Of a DNA stretch of 64,000 nucleotides, positions 11,758-20,818 are shown in pieces; within the stretch, counting starts at the first letter, position 1, and each line of letters opens with the position of its first letter. Source of the DNA: an uncultured Acidobacteriota bacterium (GTDB taxonomy: Bacteria > Acidobacteriota > Vicinamibacteria > Fen-336); contig OY970399.1 of assembly GCA_963720545.1 (NCBI GenBank), forward strand, positions 1,312,001 through 1,376,000, given 5' to 3'. The translations under genes were made by a program, and so were the position numbers. Under the pieces are notes generated by a model. The model was not told the origin of the DNA, did no database searches, and saw only the letters and a list, made by a program, of their open reading frames with translations.

Positions 11758-12087
11758 TCAAGGAACGGGATCGGGCGCGAGCTTCACCCACACGTCGCCG
11801 TCCTCGACCCTGACTTCATGGCGCGGCACCGCGAAGTCGGCAATGCCGGCGGAGTGCGCGCCGCTGCGCACGTCGTAGGTCCAGTCGTGCCAGGGGCAGG
11901 TGACCATGCAGCCGTCGAGGAAACCCTGGCCGAGCGGGCCGCCGCGGTGCGAACAGCGGTTCGACAACGCGTAGAAGGTGCCGTCGATGTTGAAGAGCGC
12001 GACGTCCTTGCCGCCGGCCTGCACTTCGCGGCACTGGCCGGGAGCAAGATCCGCGGCGGCGCCGACGCGAAAGAAGCCTTCCATCAC
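11758..12087 (-). CDS. Rieske (2Fe-2S) ferredoxin
   Basis: CSHRGG ... CPWH Rieske ligands. Confidence 0.92.
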   Translation of the reverse strand: MMEGFFRVGAAADLAPGQCREVQAGGKDVALFNIDGTFYALSNRCSHRGGPLGQGFLDGCMVTCPWHDWTYDVRSGAHSAGIADFAVPRHEVRVEDGDVWVKLAPDPVP

Positions 12088-12197
12088 GCTTCAGTCTACG
12101 AAAAAACTACTGGCGATCCGCGGCCTCGAAGCTGTGATCGTGACGTCGATTGCCGCCTCCGGCAGTAAGATTTGCCGCACCTACGGAGGTACTTGCC

Positions 12198-13484
12198 ATG
12201 GCCAGCAGACGTTCTTTCCTTGGACGGGCAAGTGCGGCAGGCGCGGTGGCCGCGGCGCTGCGGCCGGAGGGACTGGCGCGGGTGTTCGCCGCGGAGACGC
12301 GAGCGGCGGGGCGGGCGCCCGGCGAAGTCGCTGCCGACGAGGATTACTGGCGCGAGATCCAGGCGGCCTTCACCGTCGACCGCAACCTCGTGAACCTCAA
12401 CAACGGCGGGGTATCGCCATCGCCGCGCGTCGTCCAGGAGGCCATGAAGCGCGAGCTGGACCTCAGCAACGAGGCGCCCGTCTACACGATGTGGACGCTG
12501 CTCGAGCCCAAGATCGAGACGGTCAGGCGCCGGCTCGCGCTGCACTTCGGGTGCGACCCCGAGGAAATGGCGATCACCCGCAACGCGAGCGAGTCGCTCG
12601 AGATCTGCCAGCTCGGCCTCGAACTCAAGCCGGGCGACGAAGTGCTGACCACCAACCAGGACTATCCGCGCATGCTGACGACCTGGCGCCAGCGCGAGCG
12701 CCGCGACGGCATCGTGCTGAAGCAGGTCTCGTTCGCGGTGCCGCCGAAGTCGAAGCAGGACCTCATAGACGTGTTCGCGCGCGCGATCACGCCGCAGACG
12801 CGGGTACTGCACGTCTGCCACATCACCAACCTCACCGGCCAGATCTTCCCGGTGAAGGAGATCTGCCGGATGGGGCGCGAGCGCGGCCTCGAAGTGATCG
12901 TGGACGGCGCGCACGCGTTCGCGCACTTCCCCTTCAAGCTCGAAGACCTCGACTGCGACTACTACGGCACCAGCCTCCACAAGTGGCTGTTCGCGCCCAT
13001 CGGCACCGGCTTCCTGTACGTGCGCAAGGCAAAGATCGCGAAGCTGTGGCCGCTGATGCCGGCGCCGCAGGAGATGGACGGCAACATCCGCAAGTTCGAG
13101 GAGATCGGCACGCACCCGGCGGCCAACCACAACGGCATCGCCGAGGCGCTCACCTTTCACGAGTCGATCGGCGCCGAACGCAAGGCGGCGCGGCTGCGCT
13201 ACCTGCGCGACCGCTGGATGAAGCGGCTCGACGGCCAGAAGAACATCCGCATCCACACGAGCTTCGATCCGGCGATGTCCTGCGCCATCGGCAACGTGCA
13301 GGTGGAGGGCGTGGACAGCAAGAAGCTCACCGAACACCTGTGGACGAAGCGCATCATCGTGGTGCCCATCATCCACGCCGAGTACCAGGGCCTGCGCGTC
13401 ACGCCGAACGTCTACACGACGCTCGCCGACGTCGACTACTTCGCAGAGGAGATGGAGAAGGTGGCCGCGGCCGGCGCGCTATGA
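12198..13484 (+). CDS. Aminotransferase class V PLP enzyme with Tat signal
   Basis: GGAGG RBS; MASRRSFL Tat motif; VDGAH, TSLHKWLFAPIGTG. Confidence 0.88.
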   Translation: MASRRSFLGRASAAGAVAAALRPEGLARVFAAETRAAGRAPGEVAADEDYWREIQAAFTVDRNLVNLNNGGVSPSPRVVQEAMKRELDLSNEAPVYTMWTLLEPKIETVRRRLALHFGCDPEEMAITRNASESLEICQLGLELKPGDEVLTTNQDYPRMLTTWRQRERRDGIVLKQVSFAVPPKSKQDLIDVFARAITPQTRVLHVCHITNLTGQIFPVKEICRMGRERGLEVIVDGAHAFAHFPFKLEDLDCDYYGTSLHKWLFAPIGTGFLYVRKAKIAKLWPLMPAPQEMDGNIRKFEEIGTHPAANHNGIAEALTFHESIGAERKAARLRYLRDRWMKRLDGQKNIRIHTSFDPAMSCAIGNVQVEGVDSKKLTEHLWTKRIIVVPIIHAEYQGLRVTPNVYTTLADVDYFAEEMEKVAAAGAL

Positions 13485-14825
13485 CGGCTCGGCGCGCGGC
13501 AGGCGCAGGCGGGCGCGGGCGCCGCGCGCGCCTTCGCCGCCGCGGTTCTCGATCGTGAGTGTGCCGCCGTGGCCCTCGGCGATCTGGCGCGAGAGCACCA
13601 GGCCGATGCCGGAGCCGCCCGGCTTGGTGGTGAAGAACGGCACGAACAGGTTGGCGCGATTGCTGAGGCCGGGGCCGTCGTCCTCCACCACGATCTCGAC
13701 GTGGCGGTCGCGGGCGCGCCAGGAGACGCGCACCGCGCCGCCGGTCTCGAGCGCGGCATCGACGGCGTTGCGCACCAGGTTGATGAGCGCCTGTTGCAGC
13801 TGGTCGGGGTCGCCGGCGACACGCAGGTCGTCGCGAGCCGAATCCTTCACGTCAACCGCCAGCCGCGATTCGAGCCCGGTCACGCCGCGCACCAGGGCGC
13901 GCACCGACAGGTCCTGCAGTTGCGGCGGCGGCAGCCGCGCGAGGCGCGAGTAGGCGTCGGTGAAGCGCGCCAGCGCATCGGCGCGCTCGGCGACGATCGC
14001 CAGGCCCTTCGCCATGTCGGCGTCGGCGTCGGGCGGCCGCGGGCTGCGCGCCAGCAGGCTGCCGAGGCTCTGCGCGATCGACTTGATCGGCGTCAGCGAG
14101 TTGTTGAGCTCATGGCTCAGCACCCGGATCAGGCGGCGCCAGGCCTGGCGCTCCTCCTCGCGCAGCGCGCGGCTGATGTTGGTGAGCACCACCAGCTCCT
14201 GCGGCAGGCCCTCCTGGCGGATGCTGCTGCGGCGCACCTCGAAGCGGCCCGGCGCCTCGCGAAAGGCGGTGTCGAGGATGCGCGGGGTCTCGCCGCGCAG
14301 CGCGTCGTCGAGGCCCAGGTCGGTCGCCGTCTCGCCGAGGAGGCGCTCGGCGCTTTGCCCCAGGAGCCGCTCACCGGCGAGGTTGACGAGCCGCAGGCGG
14401 CGCTCCGAGTCGAAAGCGAACACCGCCACGTCGATCGCGTCCATCACCTTCTTGAGAAGCGCCGTCGCCTCGAGCGCGCCGAGCCGCTGGCGGCGCAGCG
14501 TGTCGGAGAGCGCGTTGACCTCGGCCAGCACGTCGCTCAGGGCGTCGTCGGTCTTCGAGTCGCGCACCCGGAACGAGAAGTCCTCCTCGCGCAGCGCGCC
14601 GAGCAGGTTGGATACGGTCTGCAACGGCCGCACCACCGACATCTGCGCCGCGCGCGCGAAGCCCCACCAGGCGAGCACCAGCAGCGCGGTGAGCGTCGAC
14701 TGCAACACCCGGTCGAAGGCGCCGAGCCACAGGAACGAGAGCGCCAGCACGGAGGCCGGCAGGCCGGCAAGCAGCGCAAACCCGAGCACCCGGCGGTCCT
14801 GAGCAAGCCGCCGGGCGCGGGTCAC
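13479..14825 (-). CDS. Membrane sensor histidine kinase (PAS + HATPase)
   Basis: GTG start overlapping the regulator stop; two TM helices; SHELNNSL H-box; N, D/G1 (EDDGPG), F and G2 (GSGIGL) boxes. Confidence 0.92.
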   Translation of the reverse strand: MTRARRLAQDRRVLGFALLAGLPASVLALSFLWLGAFDRVLQSTLTALLVLAWWGFARAAQMSVVRPLQTVSNLLGALREEDFSFRVRDSKTDDALSDVLAEVNALSDTLRRQRLGALEATALLKKVMDAIDVAVFAFDSERRLRLVNLAGERLLGQSAERLLGETATDLGLDDALRGETPRILDTAFREAPGRFEVRRSSIRQEGLPQELVVLTNISRALREEERQAWRRLIRVLSHELNNSLTPIKSIAQSLGSLLARSPRPPDADADMAKGLAIVAERADALARFTDAYSRLARLPPPQLQDLSVRALVRGVTGLESRLAVDVKDSARDDLRVAGDPDQLQQALINLVRNAVDAALETGGAVRVSWRARDRHVEIVVEDDGPGLSNRANLFVPFFTTKPGGSGIGLVLSRQIAEGHGGTLTIENRGGEGARGARARLRLPRAEPS

Positions 14826-16174
14826 AAGCCGTAGCGCTCCATCCGCCGGTAGAGCGCGCTGCGCGACAGGCCCAACGCCTCGGCGGCGCGGCTGACATTG
14901 CCGTCGTGGCGCTCGAGCGCCTTCTTCACCAGGAAGCAGTCCACCTCTTCGAGGCTCAGGTCCTCGAGGCGGGTCTTGTCGGCCGACGGCCGCAGCGCCA
15001 GGTCGGAGGCAACGATGCGCTCGCCCGCCGCCATCAAGGCGCCGCGCTCCACCGCGTGCTCCAGCTCGCGGACGTTGCCGGGCCAGGAGTGATCGAGCAG
15101 CGCGCGCATCGCAGCCGGCTCGAAGCCCGCGAGGCGCTTGCGGTAGCGGCGCGCCAGCGGCTCGAGGAAGGTGTGCGCCAGCGCCGGAATGTCCTCGCGG
15201 CGCTCGCGCAGGGGCGGCAGCCTTATCTCGATGGTGTTGAGGCGGAACAGGAGATCCTGGCGGAAGCGGCCCGCCGCCACTTCGGCGTCGAGGTCGGAGT
15301 TGGTCGCAGACAGCAGCCGCACGTCCACGCGCCGCGTCTTCGAGGAGCCGACTGGTTCGAACTCGCCGGTTTCGACCACCCGCAGCAGCTTCGGCTGCAG
15401 CGACAGCGGCACCGAGGCGATCTCGTCGAGGAAGAGCGTGCCGCCGTCGGCCAGCTCGAAACGGCCGACGCGGTCCGACTTGGCGTCGGTGAAGGCGCCG
15501 CGCACGTGGCCGAACACCTCGCTCTCGAAGACGCCCTCGGACAGGCCGGCGGCGTTGACGGTGACGAGCGGGCGGCGGGCGCGGCTGGAGACGGCGTGCA
15601 GCGCCCGCGCCACCGTGCCCTTGCCGGCGCCGTTCTCGCCGGTGATGAGCACCGCGGCGTCCGCGGTGCCGATGCGCCGCACCAGCTCGACCACCGCGCG
15701 CATCGCCGGCGATTCGGCCACCAGCGGCACCGGCTCGCCGCGCAGGCTGCGGTTCTCGGCGTCGAGGCGGCTGCCGCGGCGCAGCGCCTGCGCCAGCTCC
15801 ACCTGGGTGCGCACGATGCTCATGAGCCGCGCGTTGTTCCACGGCTTCTCGACGAAGTCGCGCGCCCCGCGGCGCATCGCAGCCACCGCGATCTCGACGC
15901 TGGCCCACGCGGTCATCACGATCACCGGTAGCTCGGGCTCCATCGCGACGATGCGCGACAGCAAGTCGAGGCCTTCCTGGCCCGAGGTGGTGTCGCGCGC
16001 GTAGTTGAGGTCGATGAGTACCGCGTCGAAGTCGTGCGACTCGAGCGTCTTCAGGACCGCCGCCGGCGACGACACGGTCTCGATGCCGAAACCTTCCGCC
16101 TTCAGCAGCAGCCGCAGCGCCTCGAGGACGTCGGGCTGGTCGTCCGCGACCAGGATGCGCGGCGCCTTGTTCAT
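14822..16174 (-). CDS. Sigma54-dependent response regulator (NtrC family: REC-AAA+-HTH)
   Basis: ILVADD receiver, GENGAGK Walker A, GAFTDA, LFLDEI, WPGNVRELE, Fis-type HTH. Confidence 0.96.
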   Translation of the reverse strand: MNKAPRILVADDQPDVLEALRLLLKAEGFGIETVSSPAAVLKTLESHDFDAVLIDLNYARDTTSGQEGLDLLSRIVAMEPELPVIVMTAWASVEIAVAAMRRGARDFVEKPWNNARLMSIVRTQVELAQALRRGSRLDAENRSLRGEPVPLVAESPAMRAVVELVRRIGTADAAVLITGENGAGKGTVARALHAVSSRARRPLVTVNAAGLSEGVFESEVFGHVRGAFTDAKSDRVGRFELADGGTLFLDEIASVPLSLQPKLLRVVETGEFEPVGSSKTRRVDVRLLSATNSDLDAEVAAGRFRQDLLFRLNTIEIRLPPLRERREDIPALAHTFLEPLARRYRKRLAGFEPAAMRALLDHSWPGNVRELEHAVERGALMAAGERIVASDLALRPSADKTRLEDLSLEEVDCFLVKKALERHDGNVSRAAEALGLSRSALYRRMERYGL

Positions 16175-17679
16175 GGACGCATCGATCTTAGCCGCGCGGC
16201 TGCCGCGGAACGCGCGGCGACAAAAGCCGCGGCCAGCAGGTAGACGAGCAGGAACGCCTCGGTCTCGAGGGCGCCCGCGGTCGTCACCAGCACCGGCAGC
16301 ACGAGTGCGGCGAAGGCCAGGATGACGACCAGGCCGAATTCCAGGCGCGCCTCGCGTCCCGGCACGCCACGCAAGGCGCCGGCGCCGGCGAGTAGTATCA
16401 GCGGGAGCCACAGAAGCGGCACTGGCGCCTCCACCTCGTGGCGGCCGAACGCGAACAGGTCGCCGGTGGCGGTGAGGCCGTAGTACGTATCCATGGCGCC
16501 TTCCTGCGGATGGGTGCTGCGCGCGAAGCTGAGACCGCTGGCGCGCCGCGACGGCAGCAGCTTCCACTGAGTGACGGTGGCGGCCGCGCGCTTCGCGAGG
16601 ATCGTCGCGAACCACGCCGGGTCGGAACGGATCGACGCCAGCGTCTTCTCGCGAAACACCGGCTCCACGGCCTGGCCGCGCCACCAGATCGGCTGCCGCT
16701 CCGGCGTTTCGATGCCGGCTTCGGCCAACACGCGTTTCGCCTCGGTGTCGTGGAAGGTGTGGCCGTGGGTGCGGTCGAAATCGCCGAGCCCCTCCCAGAC
16801 GCCGAGCCACACCTCGTGGAAGCCCGGCGGCCGCACCGCAGCGTAGGGCAGCAGCAGGAGCGCGAGCAGCGCGGCGAGGAATACCAGGCGCCGCGGCCAA
16901 CTCGACGCAACGCGTTGGGCCAGCACCGCCGCCGCGAGCGCGGGGCCGACGATGGTCAGGAGAGCGCCGCTGCGGCTCAGCACGCACACCGCGAACAGGC
17001 ACCCGCCGAGAAACGCGCGCCACAAGGCGCCGCGCAGCGACGGCGCGGGGTTGAGGCAGGCGTAGGCGCCGAACGCCACGGTGATGAACAGGCTGGCGGT
17101 CGAGAAACCGGCCGGCGAATAGGCGAGCGAGAACAAGTCCACGAGGTGTGCCGAGAGCGCGCACGCGGCGAGGAACAGGCCGGCCGCGAGCGCCCGGCCC
17201 GCGAGCGACAGCTCGACCGCGACCCAGAAGAAGAGGAGCCCCGCGAACAACGGGCCGACCCACGTCACCATGAACGGCGACACGCCGCGGATCGCGAAGA
17301 AACCCGCGGCGGTCAGCCACGAGCGGCCGACGTCGTCGGAGTCGCGCGGCGTCACGATGTCGTCATGCGCGAGCGCAGCGCCGCGCACGGTGCGCAGGAA
17401 TTCCCAGGGCTTGATCTCCGCCTTGAGGGCGCTGCGCATGATGCGTGCGCGCAGGAAGCGGTAGAGCGCGGTGCCGTCGGGCGAATTGATCGGCCAGGCG
17501 CGCGCGTCGGAGTCGCCCGCGTAGATGCCGACCGCCCGCGCGGTGTCTTCCCAGTGCCGCCGCGGCAGGTTCTCGAGGTCGAGGCTGGCGCGGCGCGCCG
17601 CGGTGTTGGCGAGCAGCAGGAGCGCCGCCGAGAGGGCGACGAGCAGCGGACGGCCAAGCTTCGAGAGTGGGTGGCGCAG
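16171..17679 (-). CDS. Polytopic membrane protein of unknown function (start uncertain: CTG 17679 or ATG 17439)
   Basis: Multiple hydrophobic helices; frame stays open 80 codons upstream of the ATG with a hydrophobic N-terminal helix; ATGA overlap with the regulator. Confidence 0.65.
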   Translation of the reverse strand: MRHPLSKLGRPLLVALSAALLLLANTAARRASLDLENLPRRHWEDTARAVGIYAGDSDARAWPINSPDGTALYRFLRARIMRSALKAEIKPWEFLRTVRGAALAHDDIVTPRDSDDVGRSWLTAAGFFAIRGVSPFMVTWVGPLFAGLLFFWVAVELSLAGRALAAGLFLAACALSAHLVDLFSLAYSPAGFSTASLFITVAFGAYACLNPAPSLRGALWRAFLGGCLFAVCVLSRSGALLTIVGPALAAAVLAQRVASSWPRRLVFLAALLALLLLPYAAVRPPGFHEVWLGVWEGLGDFDRTHGHTFHDTEAKRVLAEAGIETPERQPIWWRGQAVEPVFREKTLASIRSDPAWFATILAKRAAATVTQWKLLPSRRASGLSFARSTHPQEGAMDTYYGLTATGDLFAFGRHEVEAPVPLLWLPLILLAGAGALRGVPGREARLEFGLVVILAFAALVLPVLVTTAGALETEAFLLVYLLAAAFVAARSAAAARLRSMRP

Positions 17680-17683
17680 GTGC

Positions 17684-18346
17684 CTAGTCTACGACCCAGC
17701 CGTCGCGCAGCTTGATGATGCGGCTGCCGTAGGTCGCGTTCACTTCCGAGTGCGTCACCTGGATGATGGTGGTGCCCGCGTCGTTGAGCGTGCGGAACAG
17801 CTGCATGATCTCGCGGCCCTGGTCGGTGTGCAGGTTGCCGGTGGGCTCGTCGGCGAGGATCACCTTGGGGCTCGCCACTACGGCGCGCGCCACGCCCACG
17901 AGCTGCTGCTGGCCGCCCGAGAGCTGCGACGGGTAGAGGTCTTTCTTGCCGACGATCTGGAAGCGGTCGAGGACGTCGCCGACCACCGCCTGGCGTTCCG
18001 CCTTCTTGACGTCGCGGTACGAGAGCGGGATCTCGATGTTCTCGTACACCGTGAGGTCGTCGAGCAGGTGATAGCTCTGGAAGACGAAGCCGATGTTCTT
18101 CTTCTGGACTTCCTGCAGCTCCTTGCGCGGCAGGCCGCGCACGTTGCGGCCGAGGAACAGGTAGTCGCCCGTGAACGCGGTGTCGTGCATGCCGATGATG
18201 TGCAGCAGCGTCGACTTGCCCGCTCCCGAAGGGCCCATGATCGAGACGAACTCGCCCTCGCGGATCGTCAGGTCGATGCGCCGCAGCACGAACACCTTGC
18301 CGCCGGCCAGGTCGTACGACTTCTCGACGTTTTGCAGCTCTATCAA
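17684..18346 (-). CDS. ABC transporter ATP-binding protein (LolD/MacB-type)
   Basis: GPSGAGKST, LSGGQQQ, ILADEPTGNL. Confidence 0.95.
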   Translation of the reverse strand: MIELQNVEKSYDLAGGKVFVLRRIDLTIREGEFVSIMGPSGAGKSTLLHIIGMHDTAFTGDYLFLGRNVRGLPRKELQEVQKKNIGFVFQSYHLLDDLTVYENIEIPLSYRDVKKAERQAVVGDVLDRFQIVGKKDLYPSQLSGGQQQLVGVARAVVASPKVILADEPTGNLHTDQGREIMQLFRTLNDAGTTIIQVTHSEVNATYGSRIIKLRDGWVVD

Positions 18347-18363
18347 TCTCGGCTCCTAACCCG

Positions 18364-20811
18364 CTACTCCCAGCGCAGGGCATGCGCCGGGTCGACGCTC
18401 GCGGCGCGGCGCGCCGGTATGTAGCTTGCCACGAGCGCGATGGCGAGCAGCAGTGCCGCCACCACCGCGAAGGTCACGGGGTCGGCGGCGGAGACGCCGA
18501 ACAGGAGGCTCGCGAGCAGCCGTCCCCAGCCGAAGGCGCCGGCGACGCCAAGCGCGATGCCGAGCGCCGCGAGCACCAGCGCGCGGCGCAGCACCAGCTG
18601 CAACACGTTCGGGCGCGAGGCGCCGAGGGCCATGCGCACGCCGATCTCGCGGGTGCGCTGCGCCACCAGGTAGGACAGCACTCCGTACAGCCCGAGCACC
18701 GAGAGCAGCATGGCGGTGGCTGCCGACACCGCCGCCAGCGTCGCGACCGCCGCGGCCGGGCGGCGCGCCTCCTCGAGGTTCCAGTCCATGGAGCGGAAGC
18801 GCCACATCGGCTGGTCGCGGTCGATCGACCACACCGCGTCGCGCACTGCTGCGGCCATCGCCAGCGGCGGGGTCTCGGTGCGCACCACCATGCCGGTGAA
18901 GATCTTCGCGTCCTGGGCATGCGCGGTATATGCCTGCGCGCGCCGCGGCGCAGTCAGGTCGCCGTGCTTGACGTCGCCGACCACGCCGACGACCGTCAGC
19001 CACGGGCCGTCCTTGCTGAACGCGATGCGCCGGCCGAGCGGATCGGCACCCGGCCAGCTGCGTTCGGCGAGCGTCTGGCTGACGATGACGGCCGGCAGCG
19101 CGGTGGTGGTATCGCTGCGGCTGAACTCGCGGCCCTTGAGCACTGGAATTTCCATCGTTGCGAAGTAACCGGGGCTCACGATGTTGGTTTCCGCGGTCTC
19201 TAGCTCGTTGACCGGACGCTCCGCCTGGCCCTCGACGCCGTAGGGACGCGTCGGCGCGCCGTTGCCGTCGTAGGGCACCGCGCGCGCCAGCGCCGCGCCG
19301 CGAACGCCGGGAAGTGCGGCGACTTTCTCGACCGCGGCGTCGAAGAAGCGCGCGATCTGCGCGGGCTCGGCATACTTCGCGGCGGGCAGCCGGAACTGCA
19401 AGGTCAGCACGTGATCGGCGCGGAAGCCCGGACTGACGTTGCGCAGGGCTTGCGCCGAGCGCAGCAGCAGTCCGGCGCCCACCAGCAGCGCCACGGAGAG
19501 CGCCAGCTCGCCGATGACCAGCGCCTCGCGCGTGCGCCGCGGCACCGTGCCTTCGGCGACGCTGCGCGAGCCGCTCTGGATGGCCCGCGCCAGCGAGCGC
19601 TTCGACAAGCGCAGCGCCGGGACGACACTCACCAGCAGTCCCGCGCAAACGGACACCGCGAGGCAGAAGGCGAGCACCGCGCGGTCGAGGCCGGGCGACG
19701 CGGCGACGCCGGTGGGAAAAGGCAGCATGGCGACGAGCGCACCGCGTCCCGCGTAAGCGACCAGGACGCCGAGCGTGCCGCCGCAGACTCCGTAGAGCAG
19801 GCCCTCCGTGACCTGCTGGCGCACCAGGCGCAGCGCCGAGGCGCCGAGCGCAGTGCGGGTCGCGAGCTCGCGGCCGCGCGCGGCCGTCTGTGTCAGCAAC
19901 AGGTTCGCGACGTTGACGCAGCAGATGAGCAGCACGCCGATGGCGGCGGCCAGCGACATCAGGAGCGCCGGGCGGGTGTCGCCGACCAGCTGTTCGCTGA
20001 GCGGCACCACGTGCGCGCGCCGGCCGGCCTGGGTGTCCGGATACGCCTTCTCGAGGCGCTCGGCCACCAGGTTGACGCTTTGCTGCGCTGCTGCCACGGT
20101 CACGCCCGGCGCCAGCTTGCCCACGACCAGCATCTCGCTCTGGCCGCGCTCCAGGCCGCGAGCGTTCGGAAACGCGGCGATCGGCAGCCACACCTCGGTG
20201 CCCATGAACCAGCCGTTGTAGGGCGCGCGACCCGGATCCATGTCCTGGTCGACGACGCCGATGATCGTGTACGGCGCGCCGTTGAAGTTCATCGCGCGGC
20301 CGACAACCGCGGGGTCGGAGGCGAACTGCGACACCCAGAGCGCGTGCGAGAGCAGCGCCACCGGCTTGCCGGTGCGCGGTTCCGCCTCCCCCGCCGCGAA
20401 CGAGCGGCCGAGCTGCATGCGCGCGCCGATCATCTCGAGGAAGTTCGAGGTGACGAAGGCGCCGGTGAAGCGCGCCGGCTCGCCGCTGCCGGTGTAGTTG
20501 ATGCTCTGTCCGCGCCAGATCGCCATGTCCGAGAAGCCGGAAGCACCCTGCTTCCAGTCTTCGTACTCGGGATAAGACGCGGCGTTGTCGTCGTCCTGCG
20601 GCGGCGTCCGCGCCCAGACGAGCGCCAGCCGCTCCGAATCCTTGTAAGGCAGCGGCCGCAGCAGCACGCTGTGCACCACGTTGAAGAGCGCGGTCGCGGC
20701 GCCGATGCCGAGCCCGAGGGTGGCGATGACGATGGCAGCGAAGAGCGGGGTCTTCGCCACGCGGCGCAGGGCGGTGCGCAGGTCGGTGAGCAGGATGTCG
20801 GGCGTATTCAT
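18364..20811 (-). CDS. ABC permease, ADOP/duplicated MacB-FtsX type (copy 5)
   Basis: LGIGA..A.F...VLLRPLPY, CVNVANLLL, GLYGVLSY.V.QRTREIGVRMALGA, DP..ALR.E. Confidence 0.92.
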   Translation of the reverse strand: MNTPDILLTDLRTALRRVAKTPLFAAIVIATLGLGIGAATALFNVVHSVLLRPLPYKDSERLALVWARTPPQDDDNAASYPEYEDWKQGASGFSDMAIWRGQSINYTGSGEPARFTGAFVTSNFLEMIGARMQLGRSFAAGEAEPRTGKPVALLSHALWVSQFASDPAVVGRAMNFNGAPYTIIGVVDQDMDPGRAPYNGWFMGTEVWLPIAAFPNARGLERGQSEMLVVGKLAPGVTVAAAQQSVNLVAERLEKAYPDTQAGRRAHVVPLSEQLVGDTRPALLMSLAAAIGVLLICCVNVANLLLTQTAARGRELATRTALGASALRLVRQQVTEGLLYGVCGGTLGVLVAYAGRGALVAMLPFPTGVAASPGLDRAVLAFCLAVSVCAGLLVSVVPALRLSKRSLARAIQSGSRSVAEGTVPRRTREALVIGELALSVALLVGAGLLLRSAQALRNVSPGFRADHVLTLQFRLPAAKYAEPAQIARFFDAAVEKVAALPGVRGAALARAVPYDGNGAPTRPYGVEGQAERPVNELETAETNIVSPGYFATMEIPVLKGREFSRSDTTTALPAVIVSQTLAERSWPGADPLGRRIAFSKDGPWLTVVGVVGDVKHGDLTAPRRAQAYTAHAQDAKIFTGMVVRTETPPLAMAAAVRDAVWSIDRDQPMWRFRSMDWNLEEARRPAAAVATLAAVSAATAMLLSVLGLYGVLSYLVAQRTREIGVRMALGASRPNVLQLVLRRALVLAALGIALGVAGAFGWGRLLASLLFGVSAADPVTFAVVAALLLAIALVASYIPARRAASVDPAHALRWE

Positions 20812-20818
20812 GCGGGCC

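Noticed and set aside
13479..17320. 809-aa and 832-aa ORFs suggesting extended kinase or regulator fusions
   Set aside because: The extensions are off-frame overlaps with upstream genes; true starts at 14825 and 16174 give standard ATGA/GTGA coupling.
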